A DNA stretch of 64,000 nt from Deltaproteobacteria bacterium HGW-Deltaproteobacteria-19 (GTDB lineage Bacteria; Desulfobacterota; Syntrophia; Syntrophales; PHBD01). A model generated the notes under the pieces. The model saw only the letters and a list, made by a program, of their open reading frames with translations. It was not told the origin of the DNA and made no database searches. The stretch spans positions 39,883 through 103,882 of the forward strand of contig PHBD01000006.1 in assembly GCA_002841865.1 (NCBI GenBank). The letters run 5' to 3'. The number at the start of each line of letters is the position of its first letter. Within the stretch, counting starts at the first letter, position 1. This document shows, piece after piece, positions 27,199-35,913 of this stretch. Made by a program: the position numbers and the translations under genes.

Positions 27199-27886
27199 AA
27201 AGAGTCTGGGACACTCCTTCGGAAGCATCGAGATCCTGAATGTGGCATTGACGCACCGGTCCTATGCGAACGAAAACGCCCACCTCGGTTGCGCCGACAA
27301 TGAACGCCTCGAATTCCTGGGGGACGCGGTGCTTCAGCTCTGCACAAGCAATCTCCTGATGCGCCTGTTTCCCGGAGATGCGGAGGGACAGCTCTCGAAA
27401 CGCCGGACTTCCATTGTCAACGAGCGTCCCCTGGCGGAACTGGCCCGGCAGATGAACCTGGGTTCCTTCCTGCTCCTGGGGAAGGGAGAGGAAAACTCCG
27501 GCGGGCGTGTAAAGTCCTCCATTCTTTCGGATACCTTCGAGGCGGTCATCGCGTCGATTTATCTGGATGGCAGGTACCCGGCGGCAAATCGCTTCATCGA
27601 GCGGTTCTTCGTCCCGCTGATCCGGGAAGAGGGCCAGGGCCTGATCTACCACGACTACAAGTCGGACCTCCAGGAACTGGCACAGGGCCGTTTTCGCTTC
27701 ATTCCCCGGTACGAACTGGTGGGGGAGTTCGGCCCGGACCACGACAAGACCTTCGAGATGGAGGTGACGGTGGCCGACGTCGTCTCGATCCGGGCCCTGG
27801 GAAAGAACAAGAAGGAGGCCGAACAGGAGGCAGCCCGGCGAGCCCTCGACCTGCTGGCCCTCCAGGAGGGCGGGAGCGTCCCGTGA
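27074..27886 (+). CDS. rnc: Ribonuclease III
   Basis: 'ALTHRSYANE...NERLEFLGDAVL' signature and a C-terminal dsRBD 'DYKSDLQELAQ...KKEAEQEAARRAL'. Start is uncertain: the maximal ORF overlaps mtaB by 125 nt, and GTG 27191 would overlap by only 8 nt. Confidence 0.9.
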   Translation: MEKKSMLTGWFRWFRWNRGKEDWWGRSAPLTRKRRIALRVLEKSLGHSFGSIEILNVALTHRSYANENAHLGCADNERLEFLGDAVLQLCTSNLLMRLFPGDAEGQLSKRRTSIVNERPLAELARQMNLGSFLLLGKGEENSGGRVKSSILSDTFEAVIASIYLDGRYPAANRFIERFFVPLIREEGQGLIYHDYKSDLQELAQGRFRFIPRYELVGEFGPDHDKTFEMEVTVADVVSIRALGKNKKEAEQEAARRALDLLALQEGGSVP

Positions 27887-28941
27887 TCATCCCCTTCTTC
27901 CTTCCCAATCGGGGCTGTCCCCAGCGCTGCCTCTTCTGCAACCAGTCCGTGGCCTCCGGCGAGATGCCGGGAGACCTCCGGGAGGAGGGCTTTCAGCGCC
28001 GGGTGAGGGCCGCCCTCGAAGGAAGGAATGCCGGTTCCGGGAGGAGGCCGCAACGGATCCAGATCGCTTTTTACGGCGGGAACTTTACCGGCCTGTCCCG
28101 GGAGCGCCGGAGAGAGCTTCTGTGCTGGGCCGGTGATTATCTCCGGCGAGGGGGGGTCGATTCCATCCGGGTGTCCACCCGGCCCGACCATCTCGACGGG
28201 GACGTCCTCGATGAACTCAGGGACCACGGGGTATCCACGGTGGAGGTGGGCCTCCAGTCCCTGGATGACGGTGTCCTCGTTCAGTCCCGTCGGGGCCATA
28301 CTGCAGCCGATGGTGAACGGGCCGTCGGGCTGTTGAAGGATCGGGGGTTCGAGACGTCGGTCCACCTGATGCCCGGACTTCCCGGCGACAGTGCCGCCGT
28401 CTTCGACGGGACGGTCCGCCGGACCGCAGCCCTGAGTCCCGATATGGTCAGGATCCATCCCACCGTCGTCCTCCGGGGAACGGCCCTGGAGGAGGAATAC
28501 CGAAGCGGGCGCTACCACCCGCTGGTGCTTGCCGAGGCGGTGGATCAATGCGCCGGGGCCGTGCGCCGGTTTTCCGCCGCCGGGATTTCCGTCATTCGCC
28601 TGGGGCTCCAGCCGACGCCGGGCATGACCGGGGGAAACGATGTCGTGGCCGGGCCGTTTCACCCCGCCTTCGGATCCCTCGTCCATGAAGCCCTGTTTCT
28701 CCGCGGGGCCGCCATCCTGCTGGAAAAAATGCCCGGGGCCCGCCGCGATGCCCGTTTCCGGGTCGCCCCGGGGGACGTGTCGTTCTTCCGGGGGCAGGGA
28801 AATGCAAATGTTTCCTTCCTCCTGGAACATTTCGGCCTCGGATCCGTTGCTGTCGAGGAGGACGCCGGCCAGGCCCGCGGGATCCTGGTCCTGGAGTCGG
28901 GTCCGTCCCGTTCGGAGATCAACTGCTCAGACCGGCCCTGA
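27883..28941 (+). CDS. Radical SAM protein (ELP3/MiaB/NifB-type, unknown substrate)
   Basis: 'FLPNRGCPQRCLFCNQ' is a CxxxCxxC motif. The GTG start overlaps the rnc stop (GTGA at 27883-27886). Confidence 0.8.
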   Translation: MIIPFFLPNRGCPQRCLFCNQSVASGEMPGDLREEGFQRRVRAALEGRNAGSGRRPQRIQIAFYGGNFTGLSRERRRELLCWAGDYLRRGGVDSIRVSTRPDHLDGDVLDELRDHGVSTVEVGLQSLDDGVLVQSRRGHTAADGERAVGLLKDRGFETSVHLMPGLPGDSAAVFDGTVRRTAALSPDMVRIHPTVVLRGTALEEEYRSGRYHPLVLAEAVDQCAGAVRRFSAAGISVIRLGLQPTPGMTGGNDVVAGPFHPAFGSLVHEALFLRGAAILLEKMPGARRDARFRVAPGDVSFFRGQGNANVSFLLEHFGLGSVAVEEDAGQARGILVLESGPSRSEINCSDRP

Positions 28942-29123
28942 TCCGTCTCCATTCCCATCTCTCCGCTTTTTCCCAGTCTTTTTCTCTGCGCCTGGATGCA
29001 TCGCTACGGCATGTCTCTTGCAATCACTCCTGCGGTTGATTTGGAAATCAGGCCGATATCCAGAAAATACAAGGCCTGAAAGGGTATCTTTTTTTCATAA
29101 CGGGTGTTCCCGTCGATGGATGT

Positions 29124-29139
29124 TTGACGATGAAGTCAA
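29124..29139. promoter_or_regulatory. Palindrome TTGAC-N6-GTCAA upstream of the MCP gene
   Basis: TTGACGATGAAGTCAA lies about 130 nt upstream of ATG 29270. It is a possible transcription-factor site. Confidence 0.2.
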
Positions 29140-29269
29140 TCCGTTGACGGTACGGGGCGGTTCATTCTGCCAGACGGAGAATGGCCGCCGGACGATGCCT
29201 CCGGCAAGCGGGAGCCCGCTGCCTGGTATAACCATTACACCAGTTCAAATTCGAGTTGAGGAGGTTGCT

Positions 29270-30445
29270 ATGGATCACGTTCGTGAAGTAATGGGTTTCG
29301 GGGGAATTCTTTTTGGCATGCTGGCTTTCGTTATATGCGGGCTGCGGGTCATATTCGGGAAGAACCGGCCCACCAAGATGTATCTGGTTGTCGTGCCCGT
29401 GATCCTGCTCACGGGCCTGCAGTTTTACCTGATCGGGCGGTTTTCCCTCACGATCTCCTGGTGGGGCACGCTGGCCGCAATCGCGGTGGGCGGCCCTTTC
29501 CTGCTGGTTTCATTCGTGATCATCGCCAGGCGCAAGGCAATCCCGATCCTGGGTTCCGTTTACGGAATCATGACGGGAGTGGAGGAGATCGTCGTGGGTA
29601 CGGAGCAGATGACATCATCCAGCTCCGCTCTGGCGGAGGGGGCCAGCGAGCAGGCCGCGGCCATCGAGCAGACGTCGGCGTCCCTCGAGGAAATGACGTC
29701 CATGACCGCCCAGAACGCCCAGAATGCAAGCCAGGCGAACGTCCTGATGTCGAAAGACACCCGGGAAAGCTATGGCATCATGGAAAAGAAGATGAACCTG
29801 ATGCATGAGGCCGTCCTGGCCAGCGTCCAGGCTGGTGAGGAAACGGCCAAGATCATCAAGACCATCAACGAGATCGCATTTCAGACAAACCTCCTGGCCC
29901 TGAACGCCGCCGTCGAAGCGGCCCGGGCCGGGGAAGCGGGAGCGGGTTTTGCGGTCGTGGCCGAAGAGGTCCGCAGCCTTGCCCTGCGCTCCGCCTCTGC
30001 GGCGCGGAACACGGAAGACCTGATCGCCGACTCGACGGGGAAAACACGCCAGGCCTCGGTCCTGTTCGAGGAGATGAACAAAGAACTTTCCCGGAACCGT
30101 GACATCGCGATAAAGGTGACGGACCTGATCGGACAGGTCGCAGAAGCGTCCAAGGAGCAGGCCCAGGGGATCGACCAGATCAACCGCGCCGTGGTGGAGA
30201 TGGACAAGGTCGTCCAGCAGAATGCCGCCAGCGCCGAGGAATTCTCGGCCGTAACCGAAAAGATCAAAGATCAGGTAAGCAACATCCATGGCTTCGTCGA
30301 CATCGTCAAGCCCATCCTGGGAGAGGAAATCATCCTGGCCATGGGTGAAAAAAACGGGATCGAAGGCAGGCGGATGCAGGTGGATGACGCCCCGTTCCCG
30401 GCGAAAGGCGGAGCACGCCCTCTGAGCCTGCCGGCAAGGGTTTGA
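29270..30445 (+). CDS. Methyl-accepting chemotaxis protein (short form, 4 TM, no periplasmic sensor or HAMP)
   Basis: ATG at 29270 after GAGGAGG. Signalling hairpin 'EIAFQTNLLALNAAVEAARAGEAGAGFAVVAEEVRSLA'. The upstream 210 codons of the 28640 ORF look non-coding. Confidence 0.88.
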   Translation: MDHVREVMGFGGILFGMLAFVICGLRVIFGKNRPTKMYLVVVPVILLTGLQFYLIGRFSLTISWWGTLAAIAVGGPFLLVSFVIIARRKAIPILGSVYGIMTGVEEIVVGTEQMTSSSSALAEGASEQAAAIEQTSASLEEMTSMTAQNAQNASQANVLMSKDTRESYGIMEKKMNLMHEAVLASVQAGEETAKIIKTINEIAFQTNLLALNAAVEAARAGEAGAGFAVVAEEVRSLALRSASAARNTEDLIADSTGKTRQASVLFEEMNKELSRNRDIAIKVTDLIGQVAEASKEQAQGIDQINRAVVEMDKVVQQNAASAEEFSAVTEKIKDQVSNIHGFVDIVKPILGEEIILAMGEKNGIEGRRMQVDDAPFPAKGGARPLSLPARV

Positions 30446-30548
30446 GAATTCGAGCGGTTCGGCCATGAGGGGCGGTTGCTGATCCGTTGACGTAACGGGC
30501 CTTCCCGCAACAGGCTCGAAAAACAGGCATGCTGCAATGCGGAATACC

Positions 30549-30576
30549 GGGACCGGCTGTCCGATCAGCCGGTCCC
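30549..30576 (+). other. Perfect 11-bp stem-loop downstream of the MCP gene
   Basis: GGGACCGGCTG (30549-30559), loop TCCGAT, CAGCCGGTCCC (30566-30576). There is no T tract. Confidence 0.4.
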
Positions 30577-30653
30577 GTGCATTCAGGCATGGAATCCTTC
30601 CGACCCGGCTGTTCCCTGTTTCCTCATGGCACCCTGTGTGCTATGAGGACTTC

Positions 30654-31562
30654 ATGGAAGATCATCCTCCCTTCAAGTCCGGTTTCATCGGCATCATCGG
30701 CCGGCCCAACGTGGGCAAGTCCACTCTCCTGAACGCTATCCTGGGGGAGCGTCTCGCCATCACCACGCCCAAGCCCCAGACGACGCGCAACCGGATCATG
30801 GGGATCCATACGACCGGGCAGGGCCAGTTCATCTTCCTGGATACGCCGGGAATCCACCGGGGCGACAACCCACTCAGCCGGTCCATGGTGTCCGCCGCCC
30901 GGGAGACCTTCCGTTCCGCTGATATCCTGCTGCTCCTGGTGGAAGCGCCCCGCATCGACAGGAACGACCGGGAGATCATCGCGTCCCTGGCGGAACTGTC
31001 CCTGCCGGTGATCCTGGGGATCAACAAGATCGATAAGATCAGGAAGCCCCTTCTCCTGCCTCTCATCGACGAGGCACGGACGCTGTATCCCTTTCGGGAG
31101 ATCGTCCCGATGTCCGCCCGGAGCGGCGACGGGGTGAACGTCCTCCTGGAGGAGATTCTGAAACTCCTGCCGGAAGGTCCGCCCCTCTTCCCCGAAGACA
31201 CTCTCACTGACCGGCCTGAACGGTTCATTGCCGCCGAGATCGTCCGGGAGAAGATCATCCTCTCCACCCGACAGGAAATTCCCTATGCCTCCGCCGTCAC
31301 CGTGGACACCTTCCGCGAAGAATCGGGGCGGCGGCTGATCCGGATCCAGGCGACGATCCACGTGGAGAAGGAATCCCAGAAGGCGATCCTGATCGGCCGC
31401 AAGGGGGCCATGCTCAAGGAGATCGGCACCCGGGCGAGGGAAGAGATGGAGCGCTTCTTCGACTCCCGGATTTTCCTGGAGCTGTTCGTCCGGGTGCAGA
31501 AGGACTGGACCCGGGATCCCCGGGCTCTGCGGGAGTTCGGGTACGTCGAGGAGGATGGGTAG
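30654..31562 (+). CDS. era: GTPase Era
   Basis: 'SGFIGIIGRPNVGKSTLLN', 'DTPGIH' and 'NKIDK', plus a C-terminal KH domain 'ILIGRKGAMLKEIG'. Confidence 0.95.
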   Translation: MEDHPPFKSGFIGIIGRPNVGKSTLLNAILGERLAITTPKPQTTRNRIMGIHTTGQGQFIFLDTPGIHRGDNPLSRSMVSAARETFRSADILLLLVEAPRIDRNDREIIASLAELSLPVILGINKIDKIRKPLLLPLIDEARTLYPFREIVPMSARSGDGVNVLLEEILKLLPEGPPLFPEDTLTDRPERFIAAEIVREKIILSTRQEIPYASAVTVDTFREESGRRLIRIQATIHVEKESQKAILIGRKGAMLKEIGTRAREEMERFFDSRIFLELFVRVQKDWTRDPRALREFGYVEEDG

Positions 31563-31580
31563 CACGGCAGAGGGAAGCGG

Positions 31581-32798
31581 TTGACGATGGACTGGCGGGA
31601 ACGGATCGTCGATGTCTTCGGCCTGAAGAGGAGCATGATTGCCCTCCTGTCCATGGTCGTCCTTGTCGGCCTGGGAGAAAAGATGGCCGAGCGGTTCCTG
31701 CCGCTCTACCTTCTGGCCCTGGGAGGCGGCATCCTGTCTATCGGGATTCTGAATGCGATGGACAACCTGTTGTCGGCCCTCTACTCCTTCCCCGGGGGCT
31801 ACTTGAGCGATCGCCTGGGAACCAAGCGGGCCCTCCTGGTGTTCAACCTGATCGCGATGTTCGGGTATGTCATCGTGATCCTCTTCCCTTACTGGCAGGC
31901 GGTGATCGTCGGATCCGTCTTCTTCCTGTCCTGGACGGCCATTTCACTCCCCGCCACCATGAGCCTTGTCTCCCGGGTCCTGCCGGAGAATCGCCGCACC
32001 ATGGGCGTTTCCCTGCATTCCCTTGTCCGCCGGTTTCCCATGGCCCTGGGGCCTCTCCTGGGGGGACTCCTGATCGGCCTCCACGGGGAGGAGTCGGGGA
32101 TCCGCCTGGCTTTTGTCTGCGCCTTGATTTTGGGGCTCGTTTCCCTGGTCCTTCAGCAGGCAATGATCGAGGAAGACCCGCGGAGGGGCCGGGGGGAAAA
32201 GCGTCCCTCCCGGCTATGGCGCTTCATGACTCCCGCCCTGAAGAATCTCCTCGTCTCCGACATTCTCGTTCGCTTCGCCGAGCAGATTCCCTATGCCTTT
32301 GTCGTCGTCTGGTGTGTGAAGAACAACGGCATCAGCCCTTTCCAGTTCGGGATCCTCACCACCGTCGAGATGGTCGCTGCGGTCCTTGTGTACATCCCGG
32401 TGGCATATCTGGCGGACCGGGGCACGAAGAAGCCCTTCGTGGTGGTTACCTTTTTCAATTTCACGATCTTTCCCCTGATTCTCCTGTTCTCCACATCATT
32501 CCCGATGATGGTGGCGGCATTCGTGATCCGGGGCCTCAAGGAATTCGGGGAACCTACGCGGAAGGCCCTGATCCTGGACCTGGCGCCGGAGGATCAGAAG
32601 GCGGGGATGTTCGGTCTCTATTACCTGGTCCGGGACGTGATCGTCTCCGGGGCCGCTCTGGCTGGGGCCTTCCTGTGGGAGGTCTCTCCGGAGGCTAACC
32701 TTCTGACTGCGACGGCCTGCGGCCTCCTCGGGACGCTCTATTTCTGGATCTATGGCCGGGATCTTGGCGCGGCCGCTCCGGTGTCGCCGTCTCATTGA
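31581..32798 (+). CDS. MFS transporter
   Basis: About 400 aa and 12 TM. 'FPGGYLSDRLGTKRAL' is the MFS loop 2-3 motif. The start is TTG 31581 or ATG 31587. Confidence 0.8.
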   Translation: MTMDWRERIVDVFGLKRSMIALLSMVVLVGLGEKMAERFLPLYLLALGGGILSIGILNAMDNLLSALYSFPGGYLSDRLGTKRALLVFNLIAMFGYVIVILFPYWQAVIVGSVFFLSWTAISLPATMSLVSRVLPENRRTMGVSLHSLVRRFPMALGPLLGGLLIGLHGEESGIRLAFVCALILGLVSLVLQQAMIEEDPRRGRGEKRPSRLWRFMTPALKNLLVSDILVRFAEQIPYAFVVVWCVKNNGISPFQFGILTTVEMVAAVLVYIPVAYLADRGTKKPFVVVTFFNFTIFPLILLFSTSFPMMVAAFVIRGLKEFGEPTRKALILDLAPEDQKAGMFGLYYLVRDVIVSGAALAGAFLWEVSPEANLLTATACGLLGTLYFWIYGRDLGAAAPVSPSH

Positions 32799-32825
32799 CG
32801 GACTGCGAATGAGGAATCCCGCATC

Positions 32826-34454
32826 ATGAAAAACAGATCTTTATGGAAAAAGGTTTCCCGGACCGCTTGCTTCCTGTCTCTGGCATGCCTTCTAATCCAG
32901 TGTTCCTTTCCGGGCGCGGTTTTGTGGGACAGTGGCGAAACGAAGACGGGTCGGCTTTCTCGAGAGATGGAAACCCTCATTTCCCGTGTGGAGGTAAAGC
33001 GGGAGAATGCTTCCGTTTCCGGAGGGAAACTCAGCATTGCCTACCCCTATGACGGATCTCTCTTTCCCCCGGAGATCGCCTCTCCGACGATCACATGGAC
33101 CGATGAAGATCCCCGGTCGCGGTTCTGGCTGGTTGCATTCCGGTTTGAAGGCGGGCGGCCGCCCATCTTCCTGCTGACGGAGGAGCGGACCTGGACGCCC
33201 GGGCGGGAGACCTGGGAAGCCGTAAAGGATCATTCAAAGGAAAAGGCGGCGACACTGACCGTAACCAGCCTCCCGGACCGCGAATCGGGAGACGTTCTGT
33301 CCGAGCACTCCATTTCAATACGTACATCCGGGGACACCGTGGGCGACACGGTTCTCTTCCGCCAGCTTCCGCTCCCGTTTGCCGTTGCCAGCCGGAGCTT
33401 CGAGAAGACCCGCTGGCGCCTCGGCGACATTTCCTCATACGAAAAGCCGGCGACCGTCATGAAGGGCATCTCCGTCTGTGCCAGCTGCCATGTTGTCTCT
33501 TCCGACGGAAAATGGATCAGCATGGAATACAACTACGGGGACGACAACGGCGCCCAGTTCATCACGGAGGTCCGCAGGGACATCGTTCTCGGGGAAAACG
33601 ACTTCTTCACCTGGAGTGATTTTCCGAGATCCGGCGTCATCCCACCGACGCGGGGGCTGTTTGGCCGGATGTCCCCGACGGGCCGCTATGCCGCCGCGTC
33701 GGTGAACGAGATCTCCTACGCAGCCGTGATGAATGACCTCGATTACTCACAGCTTTTCTTCCCCACGTTCGGTGTGATCGCTGTCTACGACTCGAAGGGC
33801 GGCTCTATCAGGCTGCTTCCCGGTGCCAGCGATTACGAATTTGTCCAGTCGAATCCGGCCTGGAGTCCCGACGAGAAGCACATCCTTTTCTGCCGGGCCA
33901 AGACGAAGAACGAAGTGCACGCCAACATCCTGAAGGTGACGACGGTCTTCGAGAAGAGAGACATCCACGAACTGAACAAACTCTACAACATTCAGTATGA
34001 CTTGTACCGGGTCCCGTTCGATGGAGGGCGCGGCGGGGTAGCCCTGCCCCTGAAAGGGGCCTCGGGAAACGGCATGAGCAACTACTTTCCCCGCTATTCT
34101 CCCGACGGGAAGTGGGTCGTGTACACCCGGAGCCGTTCGGGGAGCATGCTCCAGCCGGACAGCGAGCTCTGGATCGTTCCCGCCGGAGGGGGGAAGGCGA
34201 GGCGGATGCAGTGCAATCGAAAAATTTTCAATTCCTGGCACAGCTGGTCGTCCAACGGCCGCTGGCTTTTGTTCAGTTCCAAGGCGAACGGACCCTACAC
34301 GGAAATTTTTCTCACCCATGTGGATGGGGAAGGGAACGATACGCCGCCCGTTCTCCTGTCGCGTTTCAGCGACAACGGCTATGCGGCAAATGTTCCTGAA
34401 TTTGTTCCGCTTCGCACCGATGCGATCCGGAGTATCCGGGTTCTCGGACCCTGA
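32826..34454 (+). CDS. Predicted periplasmic lipoprotein with TolB-like PD40 beta-propeller repeats and one CxxCH motif
   Basis: Signal 'CFLSLACLLIQCS'. 'ISVCASCHVVSSDGKW'. PD40-like repeats 'PAWSPDEKHILF', 'PRYSPDGKWVVY' and 'HSWSSNGRWLLF'. Confidence 0.65.
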   Translation: MKNRSLWKKVSRTACFLSLACLLIQCSFPGAVLWDSGETKTGRLSREMETLISRVEVKRENASVSGGKLSIAYPYDGSLFPPEIASPTITWTDEDPRSRFWLVAFRFEGGRPPIFLLTEERTWTPGRETWEAVKDHSKEKAATLTVTSLPDRESGDVLSEHSISIRTSGDTVGDTVLFRQLPLPFAVASRSFEKTRWRLGDISSYEKPATVMKGISVCASCHVVSSDGKWISMEYNYGDDNGAQFITEVRRDIVLGENDFFTWSDFPRSGVIPPTRGLFGRMSPTGRYAAASVNEISYAAVMNDLDYSQLFFPTFGVIAVYDSKGGSIRLLPGASDYEFVQSNPAWSPDEKHILFCRAKTKNEVHANILKVTTVFEKRDIHELNKLYNIQYDLYRVPFDGGRGGVALPLKGASGNGMSNYFPRYSPDGKWVVYTRSRSGSMLQPDSELWIVPAGGGKARRMQCNRKIFNSWHSWSSNGRWLLFSSKANGPYTEIFLTHVDGEGNDTPPVLLSRFSDNGYAANVPEFVPLRTDAIRSIRVLGP

Positions 34455-34458
34455 TCGG

Positions 34459-34487
34459 TTGACATCCCCCGGAAATCCTGATATGAG
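34459..34487 (+). promoter_or_regulatory. Candidate sigma70 promoter of the liv operon
   Basis: TTGACA (34459-34464), 17-nt spacer, TATGAG (34482-34487), 70 nt upstream of ATG 34558. Confidence 0.45.
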
Positions 34488-34557
34488 ACCGACGCTTCTT
34501 AAATAGCTGTTTTCAGGAAGAATGCCCGTTTAAACCCCACATCTTAAGGAGGAGATC

Positions 34558-35670
34558 ATGAAACGCGTTGCACTGTTTGCGGTCGGGTTGCTGCTGGTGG
34601 CATCCACTGCCATGGCCGCCGGTCCCATTAAGATCGGCCTCATGGCGCCCCTTACCGGCGCCTGGGCCAGTGAAGGCCAGGAAATGAAGCAGGTCCTGGA
34701 ACTCCTGAGTGCGGACCTGAATGCCAGGGGCGGGCTGCTGGGCCAGAAGGTCGAAGTCATCACCGAGGATGATGGCGGAGACCCGAAGACGGCTGCCCTG
34801 GCGGCACAGCGCCTGACCACGAAGGGTGTGGCGGCGGTGATCGGGACCTACGGTTCCTCCGTCACGGAGGCGTCCCAGAACATCTATAACGAATCAAGGA
34901 TCATCCAGATCGCCAACGGGTCCACAGCGGTCCGCTTGAGCGAGAAGGGGCTGAAGTACTTCTTCCGCACCTGCCCGCGGGATGACGAGCAGGGACGGGT
35001 GGCCGCCCAGACTATCCAGAAAATGAAGGCAAAGAACGTGGCGATCCTCCATGACAATACGACCTACGCCAAGGGTCTGGCGGCGGAGGCGAAGGCCCTT
35101 CTGAAGGGTGTCAAAATCGTCTTCTTCGACGCCTTGACCCCGGGCGAGCGCGATTATACGGCGATCCTGACGAAACTCAAGGCGGCCAAGCCGGATGTCG
35201 TCTTCTTCACCGGTTACTATCCCGAGGCGGGGCTCCTGCTGCGGCAGAAGATGCAGATGAAGTGGAACGTTCCATTCATCGGCGGGGATGCCCAGAACAA
35301 TCCCGACCTGATCAAGATCGCCGGCAAGGAGGCTGCCAACGGCTTCTACTTCCTCAGCACGCCGCTTCCCAAGGATCTGCCGACGAAAGAGTCGAAGGCG
35401 TTCGTGGACACATACAAGAAGAAATACCGGAATGCTCCCAGTTCCATCTATGCGCTCCTGGCCGGGGACGGATTCCGCGTCATTACGGCAGCCATCAAGG
35501 AAAAGAAGTCCGTCGATCCGGACGTGCTGGCCGCATACCTGAAAAAGGGCTTCAAGGACGACCGCGGCCTGACCGGGCGGATCGCATTCAACGCCAAGGG
35601 CGACCGGGTGGGCGAGCTTTACAGGGTCTACAAGGTCGACGCCAAAGGGAACTTCATCCTCCAGAAATAG
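34558..35670 (+). CDS. livK: Branched-chain amino acid ABC transporter substrate-binding protein
   Basis: Signal peptide followed by 'IKIGLMAPLTGAWASEGQEM...ITEDDGGDPKTA...VIGTYGSS', which matches the LivK/LivJ family. Confidence 0.88.
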   Translation: MKRVALFAVGLLLVASTAMAAGPIKIGLMAPLTGAWASEGQEMKQVLELLSADLNARGGLLGQKVEVITEDDGGDPKTAALAAQRLTTKGVAAVIGTYGSSVTEASQNIYNESRIIQIANGSTAVRLSEKGLKYFFRTCPRDDEQGRVAAQTIQKMKAKNVAILHDNTTYAKGLAAEAKALLKGVKIVFFDALTPGERDYTAILTKLKAAKPDVVFFTGYYPEAGLLLRQKMQMKWNVPFIGGDAQNNPDLIKIAGKEAANGFYFLSTPLPKDLPTKESKAFVDTYKKKYRNAPSSIYALLAGDGFRVITAAIKEKKSVDPDVLAAYLKKGFKDDRGLTGRIAFNAKGDRVGELYRVYKVDAKGNFILQK

Positions 35671-35673
35671 CGG

Positions 35674-35757
35674 TCCTGCCGCTGGGTTCGGCAGGATTCC
35701 CGGGCCCGGCCGCCCGGACTTGATGAAGAGGGCGGAAAAGGGACGGGGCCTTTTCCG
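35674..35757 (+). other. Two stem-loops after livK
   Basis: TCCTGCCG/CGGCAGGA (35674-35696) is an 8-bp stem. CGGAAAAGG/CCTTTTCCG (35733-35757) is a 9-bp stem. Confidence 0.5.
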
Positions 35758-35791
35758 GAACGAGTATTACGGGACGAACGAGGGGTTCGGA

Positions 35792-35825
35792 GGGGCTGCG
35801 GTAAGAGCCGCGAAGAGCCCCTTTT
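35792..35825 (+). terminator. Intra-operon rho-independent terminator or attenuator between livK and livH
   Basis: GGGGCT-GCGG...CCGC-(bulge)-AGCCCC composite hairpin (35792-35821) followed by TTTT (35822-35825). Confidence 0.55.
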
Positions 35826-35913
35826 GTTCGCCAGATTCAGGCGCTGCAAATCGAGGCGCGAAGACGCGTGCGCCAGCCATGGGAATGGCGGCGGGTGCGG
35901 GAACGGATCGGTC

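Noticed and set aside
28640-29269. 210-codon N-terminal extension of the MCP ORF, overlapping the radical SAM gene.
   Set aside because: The translation is Pro/Arg/Ser-rich without motifs. ATG 29270 has a GAGGAGG RBS and immediately begins the first TM helix.
30627-30642. Sigma54-type promoter TGGCAC-N5-GTGCT with correct GG-N10-GC spacing, upstream of era.
   Set aside because: The predicted transcription start would coincide with the era ATG (30654), leaving no leader or RBS. No enhancer-binding protein gene is nearby. It is probably a chance match, though it could be tested by 5'-end mapping.
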